Assembly: GCA_964016885.1 (NCBI GenBank)
Contig: OZ024740.1
Span: 257,796,001-257,860,000, forward strand
Reading direction: 5' to 3'
Source: Eledone cirrhosa
Lineage: Eukaryota
DNA: 64,000 bases
Shown: positions 13,691 through 27,539 of the stretch, piece after piece
How the letters are laid out: every line of letters begins with the position of its first letter
Numbering within the stretch: the stretch's first letter is position 1
Program-made: the position numbers and the translations under genes
Notes under the pieces: generated by a model
Databases searched by the model: none
Told to the model about the DNA's origin: nothing
Seen by the model: only the letters and a program-made list of their open reading frames with translations

Positions 13691-14185
13691 AAACTGGTTT
13701 ATTCAGACTTGTGTGCTCTTCTCTGTCATTTTGACATCTGACCCGTATATGGGGCAATCTATAGTCAATATAATCGTTGGTTAAATTTTAAGTGCACGTA
13801 TCTACTTGCTATATGTGAGTTCAATAAGTTAACTATATATATATTCTATTTGACGCAAGTGGTCACACAAGTAATTAATTAACTAATACAAGGATATGCT
13901 GGGCATGAACTGCGAAAATTGTGTATTCTACCCCTATTGTTTAAATAAAGCATTTGGTTAGAAATACCTGGAATATTACCGGACGCAACAGGCATCTGTA
14001 AAGGGCTTGGGAAATAAAACAACCGAAATGTTGGCACAATAACAACGAAGATATGGGCGTTATTCTGAATAGATGAGTTTATAATATATACAGGTATCAT
14101 TTCGAGGTCAGTAAAGTAAAGAACAATTGAAGAGCTGGTAAAGCACACACACACACACACGCACGCACACACACACACACCCACG

Positions 14186-14221
<36 letters not shown>

Positions 14222-14365
14222 ATATATATATGAAAAAGAGTCCTGCATGGCTAAAATAATACATAAAAGACTAAAAGACAGGCGATGAAAATGGAAAAAA
14301 GAATGAAACACAGACAGTCCCCTCTCATCACTAGAGAAGGGCTGTTTCGGTGCATTGACATGTGT

Positions 14366-14407
<42 letters not shown>

Positions 14408-14457
14408 AGATCCCGTTAAGGGTGAAAGCACCGATTCTTTGCTTAAACTTTAATCTG

Positions 14458-14525
<68 letters not shown>

Positions 14526-15069
14526 ACATATATATATATATATACTTACATGATGTGGGCTACAACTCGATTTCGAGTGACGGCATCACTTAATTCTTAA
14601 GCATGAGCATCACGGACGTGGACCTTTAGTCCTGCTAGGGACCTGGAATACCATCCATCACAAAAAATGTCACATACCAATCGGTGCCTGTGTTTGAAGC
14701 TTTTTTAAGTGAGGAAAGACTTAGTTAGGGGCCAATCCCAGTCTCTAAACATCGAATGCATTTGCCCCAAAAGAACTGGTCCACATCATTGGATGCAAAT
14801 GAAGTCGCAAGTTTTATATCAGAGTCGCAGAGGTAGCAGAAGTCACACGTTTTATATGAGTATCTCGCTCCACAAAATAAAAAAAACATATTTATTGGAA
14901 AGCCGATGGCCCTTCTGAGTTCCTTCACCCATAGAGGGATCTTAATTTCCATCCCGGCTGCTGTCCCAAATCCCCCACTTCACGAAGCAAGCTTGGTGGA
15001 GTTGCCGATTTAGTCACAGACGACCCGACCATTCACAGGTTGTACTGGGCTATACGATACCAGTTTGCG

Positions 15070-16050
15070 CGTTGAAGACCGACCTGACATACTCATCCCT
15101 CCAAAAACATCTACACATTTCCAAGCATAGAAACCTATCTATTGAGCAAGTCTGTCTGGATGAGACAGATAAGATCATGAGAGTTGGGAAGGAAATCCTT
15201 AAAAGATACTCCCTGTATTGTAATCAAAAACTCATACCCAGGGAAATTGGCCAGCAATAATGCTGTGAACACATGGATGAAAAGTTGCATGCTTATCAGA
15301 AAAAGTCATGCATGGATATATTGCAAGGAGGCTCCAGAGTGAGAGTAATACAGATAAGCAAAGTAGACTATCTAGGAACAACAACCTCTGTACTGGCTCT
15401 CATTTTAAAGGATATGCGTTTGAAATTCCAAAACAGGAAATCAATACAAAATACCTCATTCACAAAAGAGATAGGGATGCAGGCAAACCTCCTAGATGTG
15501 ACAACAAAAGCAGAATTAACATCAACGATGCCACCCATGTCATAAGCATCTGTCCAAAGACGTCATCACGGTACTTTCTATCTATGGAGCATAATGTAGG
15601 GGCCAAAACACTATACAATGCAATCCATATATAAACATATTAAAAGTTACAGCAACGTGGAAGACATACACATACATAATTTTAAAGAGTACTGGTGGAA
15701 TGTTCCAGTAAAAAACCCCAATAAAATGCAGGCATAACAGACCAGATATTATAATATGGGACAGGGAAAAGAAGGCATGCACAGTAGTGGAACTTAGCTG
15801 TCCAGCAGATGCCAATATAATATCAAAGATTAGCGAAAAGGAGAATATTTATACGGAACTAATGAGTAATCTGCAGATACTCCATACTGACTATACCTTC
15901 AGATTTATACCTGTGATTATTGGGGCACTAGGATATGTTAGTAACTGCCTCAATACAAATCTGGAGAAGCTTAGCTTCACAGAAACAGAAAGAACATGAC
16001 AAGTACAATCCATTAATGGAACAGTAAAAATATGTTAAACATTTCAAAAG
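15070..16050 (+). mobile_element. Decayed RLE-type non-LTR retrotransposon (R4/Dong-like), 3' region
   Basis: HVISICPK..RYFL..EHN, HNRPDIIIWDREKK.CTVVELSCP, KISEKENIY, FIPVIIGALG (zinc knuckle plus PD..D/E restriction-like endonuclease). Confidence 0.8.
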
Positions 16051-16663
16051 TTACAAAGTATATGTACATGCACACATATAACTCAAAACATACACATCCA
16101 CACATACAATATTATCAATACCTTTGCACACACGCATGCATTCAGACATGCATATATGTCTACCTAGTTGATGTTGTTTAAATTCCAATGAGAGAGTCGT
16201 GTAACTATGTTAGAAAATGACACTCACTCTATTGTTAAAGATTCATATATTTATAAAATCACATGAACATACATACACGCATTCATATATATATATATAG
16301 GCACATACATATATACACACTCTTTCACTACTTCTTTCTCTCTATCTCCATCTTTTTCACTCTCTCTTTCTCACACAGTCTCTATAGTTGGTAAAAGGTT
16401 TGAGAGTGTGTCTACGTCTGATCACTACATGGGTAAGAAAAACATTAGATAAAACAGTGTAGATGCTACCAAGTCATACCCGATAGTGAGTGACAACGTC
16501 AGAATTTTTACACATGTATATATTCAAAGATATCTATCTTAAACATCTTCTATATACAATTTTGTATCCGATCTTAATATATTCTCCATTTATTGTAACT
16601 TCATCAAGGTTACTATAGTTTGCCAAAATATATATATTGGCGTTCTCTTCGTTCACCCAGCAG

Positions 16664-16819
<156 letters not shown>

Positions 16820-17150
16820 TAACATTATTATATTTTCCTACAGATATATCTCTAGTACGTTCACATCGATTTTAAATTAATTTTCATATTTCATCTGTGT
16901 TTCGTCAAAGTTTTATCAGATGACTTACCGACACACGGAGACTAACATACATGTGCGTAGATTCATACATGTATACATACATTCGTATATAAATACATAC
17001 ATGCATACATATATTATATATATATATATAATTGAATATACTTGTATGTATGAATACATTTATATATATATATACAATAATATGTATATATATATATATG
17101 TATGTATACATATGTATGTATATATATATGTGTGTGTATATATATGTATA

Positions 17151-17238
<88 letters not shown>

Positions 17239-17317
17239 TGAAATATTTCGGGAGAAAGGGTAAAGGAAGGGAGAGTGCTCTATCTATGCTATAGAGTTAT
17301 TTAATTATGTAATAAGC

Positions 17318-17427
17318 AACACAATATAATTATTCCATTTACCAAAGGTTTCACGATTTCAGACGTCACTGTTGAGCACGCCTGTCTTCGTGAAACCTTT
17401 GGTAAATCGAATAATTATATTGTGCTG
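17318..17427. repeat. Hairpin with ~39-bp arms
   Basis: ATATAATTATTCCATTTACCAAAGGTTTCACGA ... TCGTGAAACCTTTGGTAAATCGAATAATTATAT. Confidence 0.85.
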
Positions 17428-17458
17428 TTTATTATATAAATATATATATGTATATATA

Positions 17459-17501
<43 letters not shown>

Positions 17502-17600
17502 GTATAATTGTACGTAAAGTCGAATAATTATCATTTATGAAGTATGTAAATGACAGTGACATCGAATTTTCGGGTGTAAACTATTTTCTATATAAGTATA

Positions 17601-18142
17601 CTAAATGGTATACCCAGCTTCGCCTGCGTAAACATGTTAAGAGAAGACGGGTAGAAGAGAAAATGACTGTATTGGATGTTTGTCTGGTTTGCTGTAAGAG
17701 GAGAAACAGTGGTGTGTGTGACAAAAACTGTGTGACAAAAACAAAACAGTAAAAAATCTTCTAGAGACACCAAATCTAATACCGTTCGTGCATAGTATAT
17801 GAAGATTTGTAGGTGTTCCCACCCTTGAACAACCTACATATTTAAAACGTCCATGTTTAAAAAGCGATTCTTTGGTATTCAATTCTACAATTTTGAAACT
17901 CTGACCCTGATCTTTAAGTATGGCCATAGCAAACCGGGTCTTGACAATTTCCAAGGCAGCTCAGTGGAGGATAGGAAAATAGGAATCTTGGGAATAAATG
18001 CATTTTCTCGTTGATGATTGCCTCAAAGGAACAGGACCTCTAAGAGGTGGTTCATCTTCCGCTTGACTGCAAAGCGTGTCATTGCATAGATGTGGTTGGG
18101 TCACATTTCTCAAAAGGCTGATGGAAATTCCAATCTTTTATA
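17601..18142 (-). mobile_element. Helitron remnant: PIF1-type helicase C-terminus and 3' end
   Basis: Minus strand: ISLLRNVTQPHLCN...AFIPKIP and FAMAILKDQGQSF...FKHG...YVGCSRVG, matching RepHel LLRN..LCNG / FAMTINKSQGQ / FSHGQLYVA.SRV; short GC-rich subterminal motif and TTAG|T end near 17601. Confidence 0.8.
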
Positions 18143-18261
18143 TTATATATAGATATAGCTATAAATAATTATACATATATATATCGATAATCACATATAA
18201 AAGTGTGTGTATGTGTGTGTAAGTGTAAGTGTATGTATGTGTATGCGTGTGCTTGTGTGTG

Positions 18262-18304
<43 letters not shown>

Positions 18305-18592
18305 GTGCGCGTGTGTGCGCGCGCGTGTGTGTGTGAGTGTGAGTGTAAACCAGGGTTCGAATCAAAGACGCTGGCCGCGAAACATGATCATCTCTGACAA
18401 CGAACGCGCAGAGAGAATCACTTATGGTTGATTCCCAACCTGCTAGAAATAGCAGTCAGTTTGGTTAACATACCCGGGATGTTTTTCATATTCTTTGATG
18501 TTATAAAATTAGTATCAATAAACCTTCCTCTTATTGCAGTGCTGTACTTACTTTTCGATTATCACTTCTCGTCTTTGTGTGATCCAGAGAAC

Positions 18593-18656
18593 TTACATAG
18601 GTGTGACAGCTCGTAGCATAGAAAAAAAGGATAAATGGACACTGGCAAGAACTCCA

Positions 18657-18660
<4 letters not shown>
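18593..18660 (+). mobile_element. Short fragment of the same Penelope GIY-YIG family
   Basis: TACATAGGTGTGACAGCTCGTAGCATAG...CACTGGCAAGAACTCCAAGAT aligns with ~11353-11418. Confidence 0.75.
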
Positions 18661-18722
<62 letters not shown>

Positions 18723-19325
18723 TAGAAAGACATATGTATATACATGCATGTATATATATATATATTTAAATATATGTGTGTATGTGTGTTTGTGTGTCTG
18801 CATATATATGTAAGAGTGGGAGTGTTTGTGTGTGTTCATATTGAACACATCGTTACCCACCCCTTTTTTAAAAGGTCTCTTTATCGATACAACGTCTCTA
18901 GTTTATGACCTCCTCCAGACATCGCTCCCTCCCTGTCTCATGGTTTGTGTGTGGTTGGCGCCCACTGCCATATAGTACACTTTGGTAAAGTGCAAAGTTT
19001 ATTGATTCTGTTACGTAGTGGAATTACTGTAGATACTCTGGTGCGAAGACCTGCTGCTTTATCGCAGACAATTCCCTCGTGAACCCTACAAAACACTGGG
19101 GCATTTCTCTCACATTGTTGGGCCATTTTCAAAATTTCATTTGTCATACATATTTATTTTCGTTTATATATATTTTTATTATCTTTTTGTGAGTACCATT
19201 CTAATCTTATCGTTTTTAGTATTCGTAGTTTTTATTGTTGTATTGCTACTGGTGTTCTGTTGTTTGTGTTGTTGTTTCTAGGCTTCATTTACTATATCTC
19301 TGGTCAACGAGTCTGAAAAGGTAAA

Positions 19326-19388
<63 letters not shown>

Positions 19389-19442
19389 ATATATATATAA
19401 TATATATATTGGAAAATGCGTGGAATCCTTGGTAAGGTTAGG

Positions 19443-19581
19443 TATATTTGAAAAAACGAAAAGAATGACTTCACTTGTAGTTCTAAACAATTTAATTTAA
19501 TTTTATAATACTAAATTATAAAATTAAATCACATTGTTTAGAACTACAAGTGAAGTCATTCTTTTCCTTTTTTCAAATATA
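19443..19581. repeat. Near-perfect fold-back palindrome, ~65-bp arms
   Basis: GAAAAGAATGACTTCACTTGTAGTTCTAAACAAT ... ATTGTTTAGAACTACAAGTGAAGTCATTCTTTTC; loop about 5 nt. Confidence 0.9.
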
Positions 19582-19599
19582 TATATATGTATATATATA

Positions 19600-19830
19600 T
19601 TATAATTTGGGAGGGTCACGCTGCCAAAAAGAAAAAAAATGCAATCACCTGTTGGTTTTCACTTCAATTCCTTATAAATTTCCGGTTGGTTGGTTCATTA
19701 ACCGGATGGTTGTATATATATTGTAAAAGCTCTCTCGTCACATATTCTGTGACCTCCTCAGTGACAGTTTTCTTATTTTGCATCTTTCCTTTGTTCTGTC
19801 ATACACCATCTTGTTTTTGTGGGGGAAACA
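19600..19830 (-). mobile_element. Older partial pLTR of the same Penelope family with a mutated HHR
   Basis: TTTGGGAGGGTCA terminus; minus strand CTGAGGA-G-GTCAC..GTGAC-GAGA (GAAA changed to GAGA) at ~19723-19765. Confidence 0.75.
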
Positions 19831-20223
19831 AGTTAGTGTGAGCCTACTGTGTTGAAGTTGTCATTACAGTAGTAATCTCCTCTCTCAGCGTCTCATGACA
19901 GTGATGTGGAGGTATCAGGCACCTACTATTTCAATGACCACGTTGGCATATTTTTTTTCAAAATGAACAACGAAAAAACGAACTGAGAAGCACTCGACCA
20001 GGGCTTCCAAGTAGATAGCAATGACAAAAATTGCAAACAATCGATAAAAATCGAAATATAATAAACAGAGTAAAAAGTTCAACTTACAATTTCGATGCGG
20101 GCTATCACTGGGAGTTTAAATAATAATACTGAAACGAAATTATCGGATAGGAGCGAAACATCTTCGATCGTCTTACTACACACTCAATGTTTTAATTAAG
20201 CCAGTATACTTAAGATACCAATC

Positions 20224-20255
<32 letters not shown>

Positions 20256-20261
<6 letters not shown>

Positions 20262-21420
20262 ATACTTTGGGAGGGTCATGTTGCCAATAAGAAACACACA
20301 CACCTGTTGCTTTCCACTTCAATTTATTATAATAAATTTATAAATTTAGGAATTTATAAATTTCCGGTTGGTTGGTTGGTTCCACAACCAGATGGTTGTT
20401 TATATATTGTCAAAGTTCTTTCGTCACACATTCTGTGACGTCTTCAGTGACTGGGGATTCTTTTCTTTGTTTTTGTGCCTCTCCTTTGTTCTGTCCTACG
20501 CCATCTTGTTTCTGTGTGTGTGTTGTGTGATCAGTCTGCGCATGCGCCACATCCGGGTGTCTGTGTGTGTTTATATTCGTTTATTTATTTGTTTGTTTAC
20601 ATGTTACAGGTTGGTTGTTTGTTCTATGTGCGTGTGTGTTTTCATTTTGTCCTTAATTGTAAGTTGCCATGTTGCTGTTCCACTCATATTTTCTATTTAA
20701 TTTTGGTTGTAATTCTTTTATGCTTATTGCCTCTCTGATTTGTCTAAACATTGCGTCTTTTCTGTGTGTAGATTCTCTTTCTTTTTTCTTTTTTTTTGTT
20801 ATTTCTATGTTCTCTAATTTACCCTTATGTTCTATTTTAGCATGTTGGTAGAGTACATATGATTCTTTACTATCTTGAAGGTCTCACCAGTGTTCATTTA
20901 TCCGTTCCCCTACACTACGAGCTGTCTCACCTATGTACACTATATTTTTGTCTCTACATTGTCCTTCAGTACATCTTATGCTATATACTACATTTCTAGT
21001 TTTACAGTTAATATGGGGGCTTAATTTACAGATTAGACATTTCTTATCTATACAGGGGGGGGGGTCTTTGAAAAGGGTATGTCTTGCTAATAAGTGTTTT
21101 TTATGGAGGTACCTGGTCTTTCTACTATCTTAATATTGAGTTTATGTTTATCTAGGGCCCTTCTAAATGTGTAAGCTAATTCTCCTCTAGGGGTTGTATC
21201 GATGAACATTACACTCTGGTATTTATTGCTATCAACCATGAGTTTATTCTATTAGCCTTATTCCCAGTTCTTTCTATTCTATTCCAAAATTTGCTCCTAT
21301 ACAAGGGGCAGGTCCCATTTGTGTTATTATTTACCATTTTTTCCCATTTGGTTCTGGCTCCTCTATACACTCTGATTTTATCTCTTTAATTGTAACCAGA
21401 GAACTGCATACGGTGGATGA
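20256..21420 (-). mobile_element. Second, longer, decayed copy of the Penelope element (pLTR + endonuclease + part of thumb)
   Basis: Colinear with 11012-12094 in reverse orientation and extends further 5' (RMQFSGY...CPLYRSKFWNRIERT); frameshifts present; no inverted arm. Confidence 0.9.
20409..20451 (-). ncRNA. Hammerhead ribozyme motif in pLTR copy 2
   Basis: GTCA-CTGAAGA-C-GTCAC(AGAATGT)GTGAC-GAAA-GAAC-TT-TGAC on the minus strand. Confidence 0.75.
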
Positions 21421-21689
21421 AGTGTTGTATATGTCTCTCTAGTTCTTCGGGGCTGCACATGCGGGACACGTTTCTCATCACCTGTACCAAATCCGCAATG
21501 AGTATGTTGATTTTGGTATGGTCCGAAACAGCTGTTTCGGTGGATCAGATATTTGGAAGTCATGGGTTTGGCATAATGGGAATGGAGGATTTGTTTTTTG
21601 TTATTAATGGTTTCTTACCAGAACTCTGTGTCTAGTACAGGTAATCGATGGTTGGGGAGTTGGGGTGTTTAAAATGGAAAACATTGCAT

Positions 21690-22660
21690 TATCACAGAAG
21701 AAAACGTGAATATGAAGACACCAAGAACAAATACGCTTTTAAAAGTGTTGCTCGATTCATTAGAACAGGACTTATTTAGAATGATAGAAAATATAAAGAC
21801 TGAAAAGCAGTCGAAATACACTCTTTTCTGAACTCTCTGCAAACTAAAATTAAGAATATCAGAAACCACGATTGTCTATATATTATGACTGATAAGAAAA
21901 AGAAAGTTTATGAGAAGGACATTGCAACATATAAATCATTGATATTAAAGGAACTAAGTAAACAATTACAAAAGAGCACATAGGGAGACACTAACTGATA
22001 TTAATAATAAAGGGAAGAATATTGTAACTGATTTAGATATTGATAAGTATACAGACCCTTATAAACCAATGACAACAAAATTCATCCGTAAGGATCATAA
22101 ATGTAATTTTATTGAAAACCCATCAATTACATTAATAAGCCCCTCTATTTCTGATATAGGTAGAATTAGCAAAGTAATTTGTAATAGAATTATACCATGT
22201 TTAAAGATAAAATTAATATTAACCTTTGGGGTTAATATTAATTTTATATTAATTAAAGGGTGGTGGATTGGCAGTATCGGTAGAGGGTCGGACGCCATGC
22301 TTTGACGCATATAGTTACGGCCCTTGCTATTCTGAGTTCAAATCCCGCCGAGGTTAACTTTGCCTTTCATCCTTACAGGGTTGATAAAATAAAGTACCAG
22401 TAATGCACTGGGATAATTGCTGGCCTTGTGCCTAACGTAGAAACAATTAATTAAAGAGATTGTTAATTGGTTTAAAAGTTTTGATAATAGGGATAAACTT
22501 AAGTTTATACAATTTGACAAAGATCATTATTATGCCCCAATTCTCTCTATCATGTTAAATAAGGCCTTAATTTTAGTTAAATTAACTAGAAAAGAAATAG
22601 AGATTATCCTTACTGTTAGACGAAAAATGATAGAGTTTGATGGATCTCTTTGGTTATTAT
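21690..22660 (+). mobile_element. Decayed Penelope-like RT N-terminal region, interrupted by a SINE
   Basis: KDHKCNFIENPSITLISPSISDIGRISK and, after the SINE, IVNWFKSF...KFIQFDK..YAPI...LNKAL (PLE RT KDHK..RLINP / FD..FYPSI pattern). Confidence 0.7.
22259..22445 (+). mobile_element. tRNA-derived SINE with target-site duplication
   Basis: Full-length copy; ATTAATTAAAG at 22248-22258 and 22446-22456. Confidence 0.9.
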
Positions 22661-22941
22661 GCAAATTCCCCAAAATTGGTTGAATAATAATCCAAAGAAT
22701 AGGAAATCTACCACGCAAAAGAAAAATGTCCTAGTGTAATAAATTGTGGACCCTCAACTTAGCCTCTAATATTCCTAAAATGTTTTTTACTATCATAGAA
22801 AGAAATTTGCCACTTGAACAAAAATACTATAGCATAATAAATAAAAATAGCGTCAAGTAATCTTTTTCTACAACTACCAGCTTGGGTAACTATATTGCTT
22901 TCAGCAACTACCAAAACTATATATATAAGCATAGATCTTCT

Positions 22942-23125
22942 AATAACTGTTTCCATTTTTGGCACAAGGCCAGCAATTACCCAGTACATTACCGGTGCTT
23001 TATTTTATCGACCCCGTAAGGATGAAAGGCAAAGTTAACCTCGGCGGGATTTGAACTCAGATCATAAAGGGCTGTAACTCTATGCTGCAAAGCATGGTGT
23101 CCGACACTCAACCGATCTTCTAATA
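22942..23125 (-). mobile_element. tRNA-derived SINE
   Basis: Reverse complement of the family consensus. Confidence 0.88.
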
Positions 23126-23199
23126 ACGTAATTTTATCATTACAGCAAAACCCATTAGACACAAACTCTAACACAACCCAAGTAATAATTCTACTAGAA

Positions 23200-23412
<213 letters not shown>

Positions 23413-24152
23413 TTAGATTATATTAACTTATATTAAATTATAAATTCTATATTATATTATGTTTTATTATATTATATTATATTATATCACACCATATTCG
23501 TTTATATACATAGTCACAAGTAACCAGCATTTCATTACAACGTTTCCAAAAGCCATTCAACCAAGCAATGAGAATTCTATTTGGAAGTAAATTGGAGTAT
23601 TTTAGAATTCTTTTGGATTAACTAGGAAGAAAAAATAACAATAACAGCTTCTCTAATATGTTTTCTAAGCCCTTATTCGCATTGTGTAAAGATATTATAA
23701 TAAAAATAATAATAACAAAAAAATGTAGATAAATAAAATTAAATAATCATAAAAGGGTTTCTCGAAGAACGTATTAAATCTACGTGTGTTATTTCAGTGA
23801 ATGTTCAAAGAAAATAATTTGTCATTGGTAGATAGATTGACGGATTTTTAGCTCAATAACAATGCCAAAGTTATTTAGATAATGCAATAAGAAAGAAGAT
23901 TTAGATATGTGAAAATGGCATGTAGAAACAAGTCGTAATATGTAATAATGTCTTTCACTGATAAGGTATCTTGTTCTTGCAAAGATTTTTATGAGGTTTC
24001 ATTTGAAATGAACGGTATTTTTTTATTGCTTTCTTTGACAATTTTGTGGCTTAAGTGTCTCATTTAAACGGCACACTGTAAATATACATTTCACTGGATA
24101 ATATCTGGACTTCTACATACTTATACGTACACAGCCACACATGCATATGTAC

Positions 24153-24224
<72 letters not shown>

Positions 24225-24372
24225 TATGTTTATCTATCTATAGGCATTAAATATATGGGTGTATATATATATATATAATTACATATATACATTATATTTT
24301 ATAACTATAATAATATACATACATGTATATTGTGTACCGAATCCAATTATACATATACTATATACACACACC

Positions 24373-24434
<62 letters not shown>

Positions 24435-24688
24435 GTGAGTGTGTGCGCGCGCGCGTTCATGGTGTGTGTGTGTACAGGGATGCTGTTTAGACCTCTACAT
24501 GACACTAAAGAGAAATTTCAATATTACATTTGCATCTTTCCAAATAGAACAGCCAATGACTTTAGGAGTTGGACTTCAACAAACACACCTCAGCCCCAGT
24601 CACTACCAACACACACTTATCCGTTCTTCTCTAAAACCAATGTAAGACATTTTTCCTTCCGTATTAGTTGCTTATAGTGCAAGTTTGA

Positions 24689-24875
24689 CGGGGTATTGGC
24701 AGTATCGGTAGAGGGTCGGACGCCATGCTTTCCAGCATAGTTACGTCCCTTTACGATCTGAGTTCAAATCCCACCGAGGTTGACTTTGCTTTTCATCCTT
24801 ACGGGGTCGATAAAATAAAGTACCAGTAATGCACTGGGTAATTACTGGCCTTGTGCCTAAAGTAGAAACAATTAA
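24689..24875 (+). mobile_element. tRNA-derived SINE
   Basis: Full-length consensus-like copy. Confidence 0.9.
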
Positions 24876-25109
24876 TTAGGAATAATCTTAACAGAACTGG
24901 ACACTGATCTCTAATCACCATCAGACTAACGACGACAGTCAGAGACAAGAAGAAGAAGAAGAAGAAAGTGGTTTAGAATGAAGGTGTATATGGAAGCATA
25001 TCCAACAACATGTTTAACTTGAAGAAAATATTTGATGGTGAAGACTGGAAATATAGACCCGCCCAATCAGGCTTGAGCTGGAGCTAATCAATAAACAACT
25101 CACATCACG

Positions 25110-25310
25110 CACACTAGTCACTGGCACTTCGTCGGCTACGACGACGAGTGTTCCTCTTTTTTCGATCAACGGAATAACTTGCTCATGAAATTACTTGTAA
25201 GTGGTTAAGCATGCCACAAACACGTGTACACTTAACATATTTCTCAAGGAGATCCAGTGTGGCACAGAATGTGACAAGGCTTGCCATTTGAATTACAGGT
25301 ACTACTAATT
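25110..25310 (+). repeat. Interspersed repeat, also at ~30880-31045
   Basis: Shared ACGACGACGA...TTTTTCGATCAACGGA...GAAATTA...CACGTGT...CAGAATGTGACAAG-like motifs. Confidence 0.55.
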
Positions 25311-25399
25311 TTTTTAAATAAATTGTCTTTCTCAATGAGACAAGCATGACACCAGTACGACCCGTGTACCACCAGTATATCAATACGTCATTACACGGG

Positions 25400-25920
25400 C
25401 ATTACTAGCATTACACCTTCACCACCAAAAACACAACTACGATACCCCACCCCCGCACAAGCACTACGTACAGTAACAAGAATAAGAAAAACGACACAGT
25501 CTCAACACCAGCATTGTAACCATGCCTTACATAACCATCACCATTACCAACACGACCATCGCCACCACTAACACGGCCATCATTACCACGAACACCATCA
25601 CCACTACCAACAAGACCGTCACACAATTAATTCCAATCTGTTCCACAACCAATACATCACCAGCACAAAATTCCACTGCCTCTATCACAACACCATGTCC
25701 ACCACCATCATTATCATCACTACACTACCACAAGCATCATCAAAATACTACAATCATCACCAACAGCAACTCCACTACCACCTTCACCCTCATTACACTA
25801 TTACTACCACTACCATTACACCAGCACCACCACCCTGAGTACTCTATAACCACCATCATTACACTACTACTACAACTACCATTACAATACCACCTCCTTA
25901 CACCACTGTCACCACAAGTA
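25400..25920. repeat. Degenerate (CAC/CAT/AAC)n low-complexity tract
   Basis: Directly visible. Confidence 0.85.
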
Positions 25921-25985
<65 letters not shown>

Positions 25986-26218
25986 GTATAGGTCATATAT
26001 GTATGTTGTATAAAGTCCCAGGTGGAAGAAATTATAGAAAACTGATGGGACTGAACATAGTATATTTGAAATGACAGCTTGGCATTCAGTCTGTCCGTAT
26101 GGCCCCATCACAGCTGGTCACCATATTGTTTTAGTCTCACAATCATTGCCACCTAACTTCCCCTCTTCTCTGTCTTTCTCTTGCTTTCTGGATCTATCTA
26201 CCCCCTTCTCTCTCTCTC

Positions 26219-26301
<83 letters not shown>

Positions 26302-26416
26302 TCTATCTATCTATCAAGCTATCTATCTATCTATCCATATATTTATCTATCTATCTATATATCTCTCTCTATATATATATGATAAAGAACACAAGAGCGT
26401 CTACAACATCAAAACA

Positions 26417-26478
26417 TTTTTATTGGCTTACAATGTTTCTTCCTTACGTAACCGTATGATTCTTCAGAGCTATAAAAG
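26417..26478 (-). ncRNA. Type-I hammerhead ribozyme-like motif (separate family)
   Basis: Minus strand TTTTATAGCT-CTGAAGA-ATCA-TACG(GTTA)CGTA-AGGAA-GAAA-CATTG-TA-AGCCAATAAAA; GUA triplet; irregular stem II base. Confidence 0.55.
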
Positions 26479-26621
26479 CTATATATATAATATTAAGGAT
26501 ACTATTTATGGTTATGTATATACTAAAACTTTTTATAGTTATATATATTTTAAACCCTAAACAGTGAAGGTCAGTAATTTATTACTACCTTATTACCAGT
26601 AAGATAAATAGCTCAATGTAA

Positions 26622-26805
26622 TAACTGTTTCTACTTTTGGCACAAGGCCAGCAATTACCCAATACATTACTGGTACTTTATTTTATCGACCCCGTAAGGA
26701 TGAAAGGCAAAGTTAACCTCGACGGGATTTGAACTCAAACAATAAAGGGGCGTAACTCTTTGCTGCAAAGCATAGCGTCTGACCCTCTACCGATACTGCC
26801 AATCC
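26622..26805 (-). mobile_element. tRNA-derived SINE
   Basis: Reverse complement of the consensus. Confidence 0.9.
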
Positions 26806-26837
26806 ATGTAAGAACATCAGTTGTTCTACAGAGCAGT

Positions 26838-27185
26838 TATATAGAATTCACAAGAATCAAAGCTATGTTCAAAGCATTTATTCACTTACAATTGTTTCAT
26901 CCAAACCTAGGTTTGGATTTTGTTTTTGTTTGACTTTGATTTTGTTTTAATGTGATTTTGATTTTGAATTTGAATTGGTATACAGACATATAATATAATA
27001 TATGTCACTCCACTGTACATCAATATATACATATGTATCTATATGTCTCTTGCGTTGGAAAGGAGGTCAATCATGTGTACAAACATTGAAAAATGCTCCG
27101 AAGAATCCAAGCCTAGGTTTGGATGAAACACTTGTAAGTGAATAAATGCTTTGAACATAGCTTTGATTCTTGTGAATTCTATATA
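26838..27185. mobile_element. MITE-like element with ~80-bp terminal inverted repeats
   Basis: TATATAGAATTCACAAGAATCAAAGCTATGTTCAAAGCATTTATTCACTTACAA ... TTGTAAGTGAATAAATGCTTTGAACATAGCTTTGATTCTTGTGAATTCTATATA. Confidence 0.65.
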
Positions 27186-27539
27186 TATATATATGAAAAC
27201 AGGGAGAAAAAGAAGATTAATAGGAAGAACAATATATTTTTTCCCTTTATATATATATATATATATATACACCTTCCCACCTCATTTTCCTTCTTTCTCG
27301 ATCCACTATCGATTCTTTTGTATTCCCATCTCTCTCACAAATCTTACTTTCTGTTCATATCTCTCACTTTATTAATCTCACTTGTTTCTCTCTCTTTCTC
27401 TCTCCTTCCCCCAGTCTCTTTCTCTGCCCCTCTCTCTCAGTCTCTTTCTCCCTTCACCGTTCTCTTCTTTTCTTTATTCACCCCACTCTTTCTTTATTTC
27501 TCTTTTTCCTTTCCTTCACCACTCTCAACATATGTCTTC

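Noticed and set aside
14550-15060. GC-richer segment, possibly a LINE 5' UTR
   Set aside because: Could not assign a family or structure from the sequence alone
25522-26013. Mucin-like Thr-rich ORF
   Set aside because: Degenerate trinucleotide repeat that runs into (TA)n
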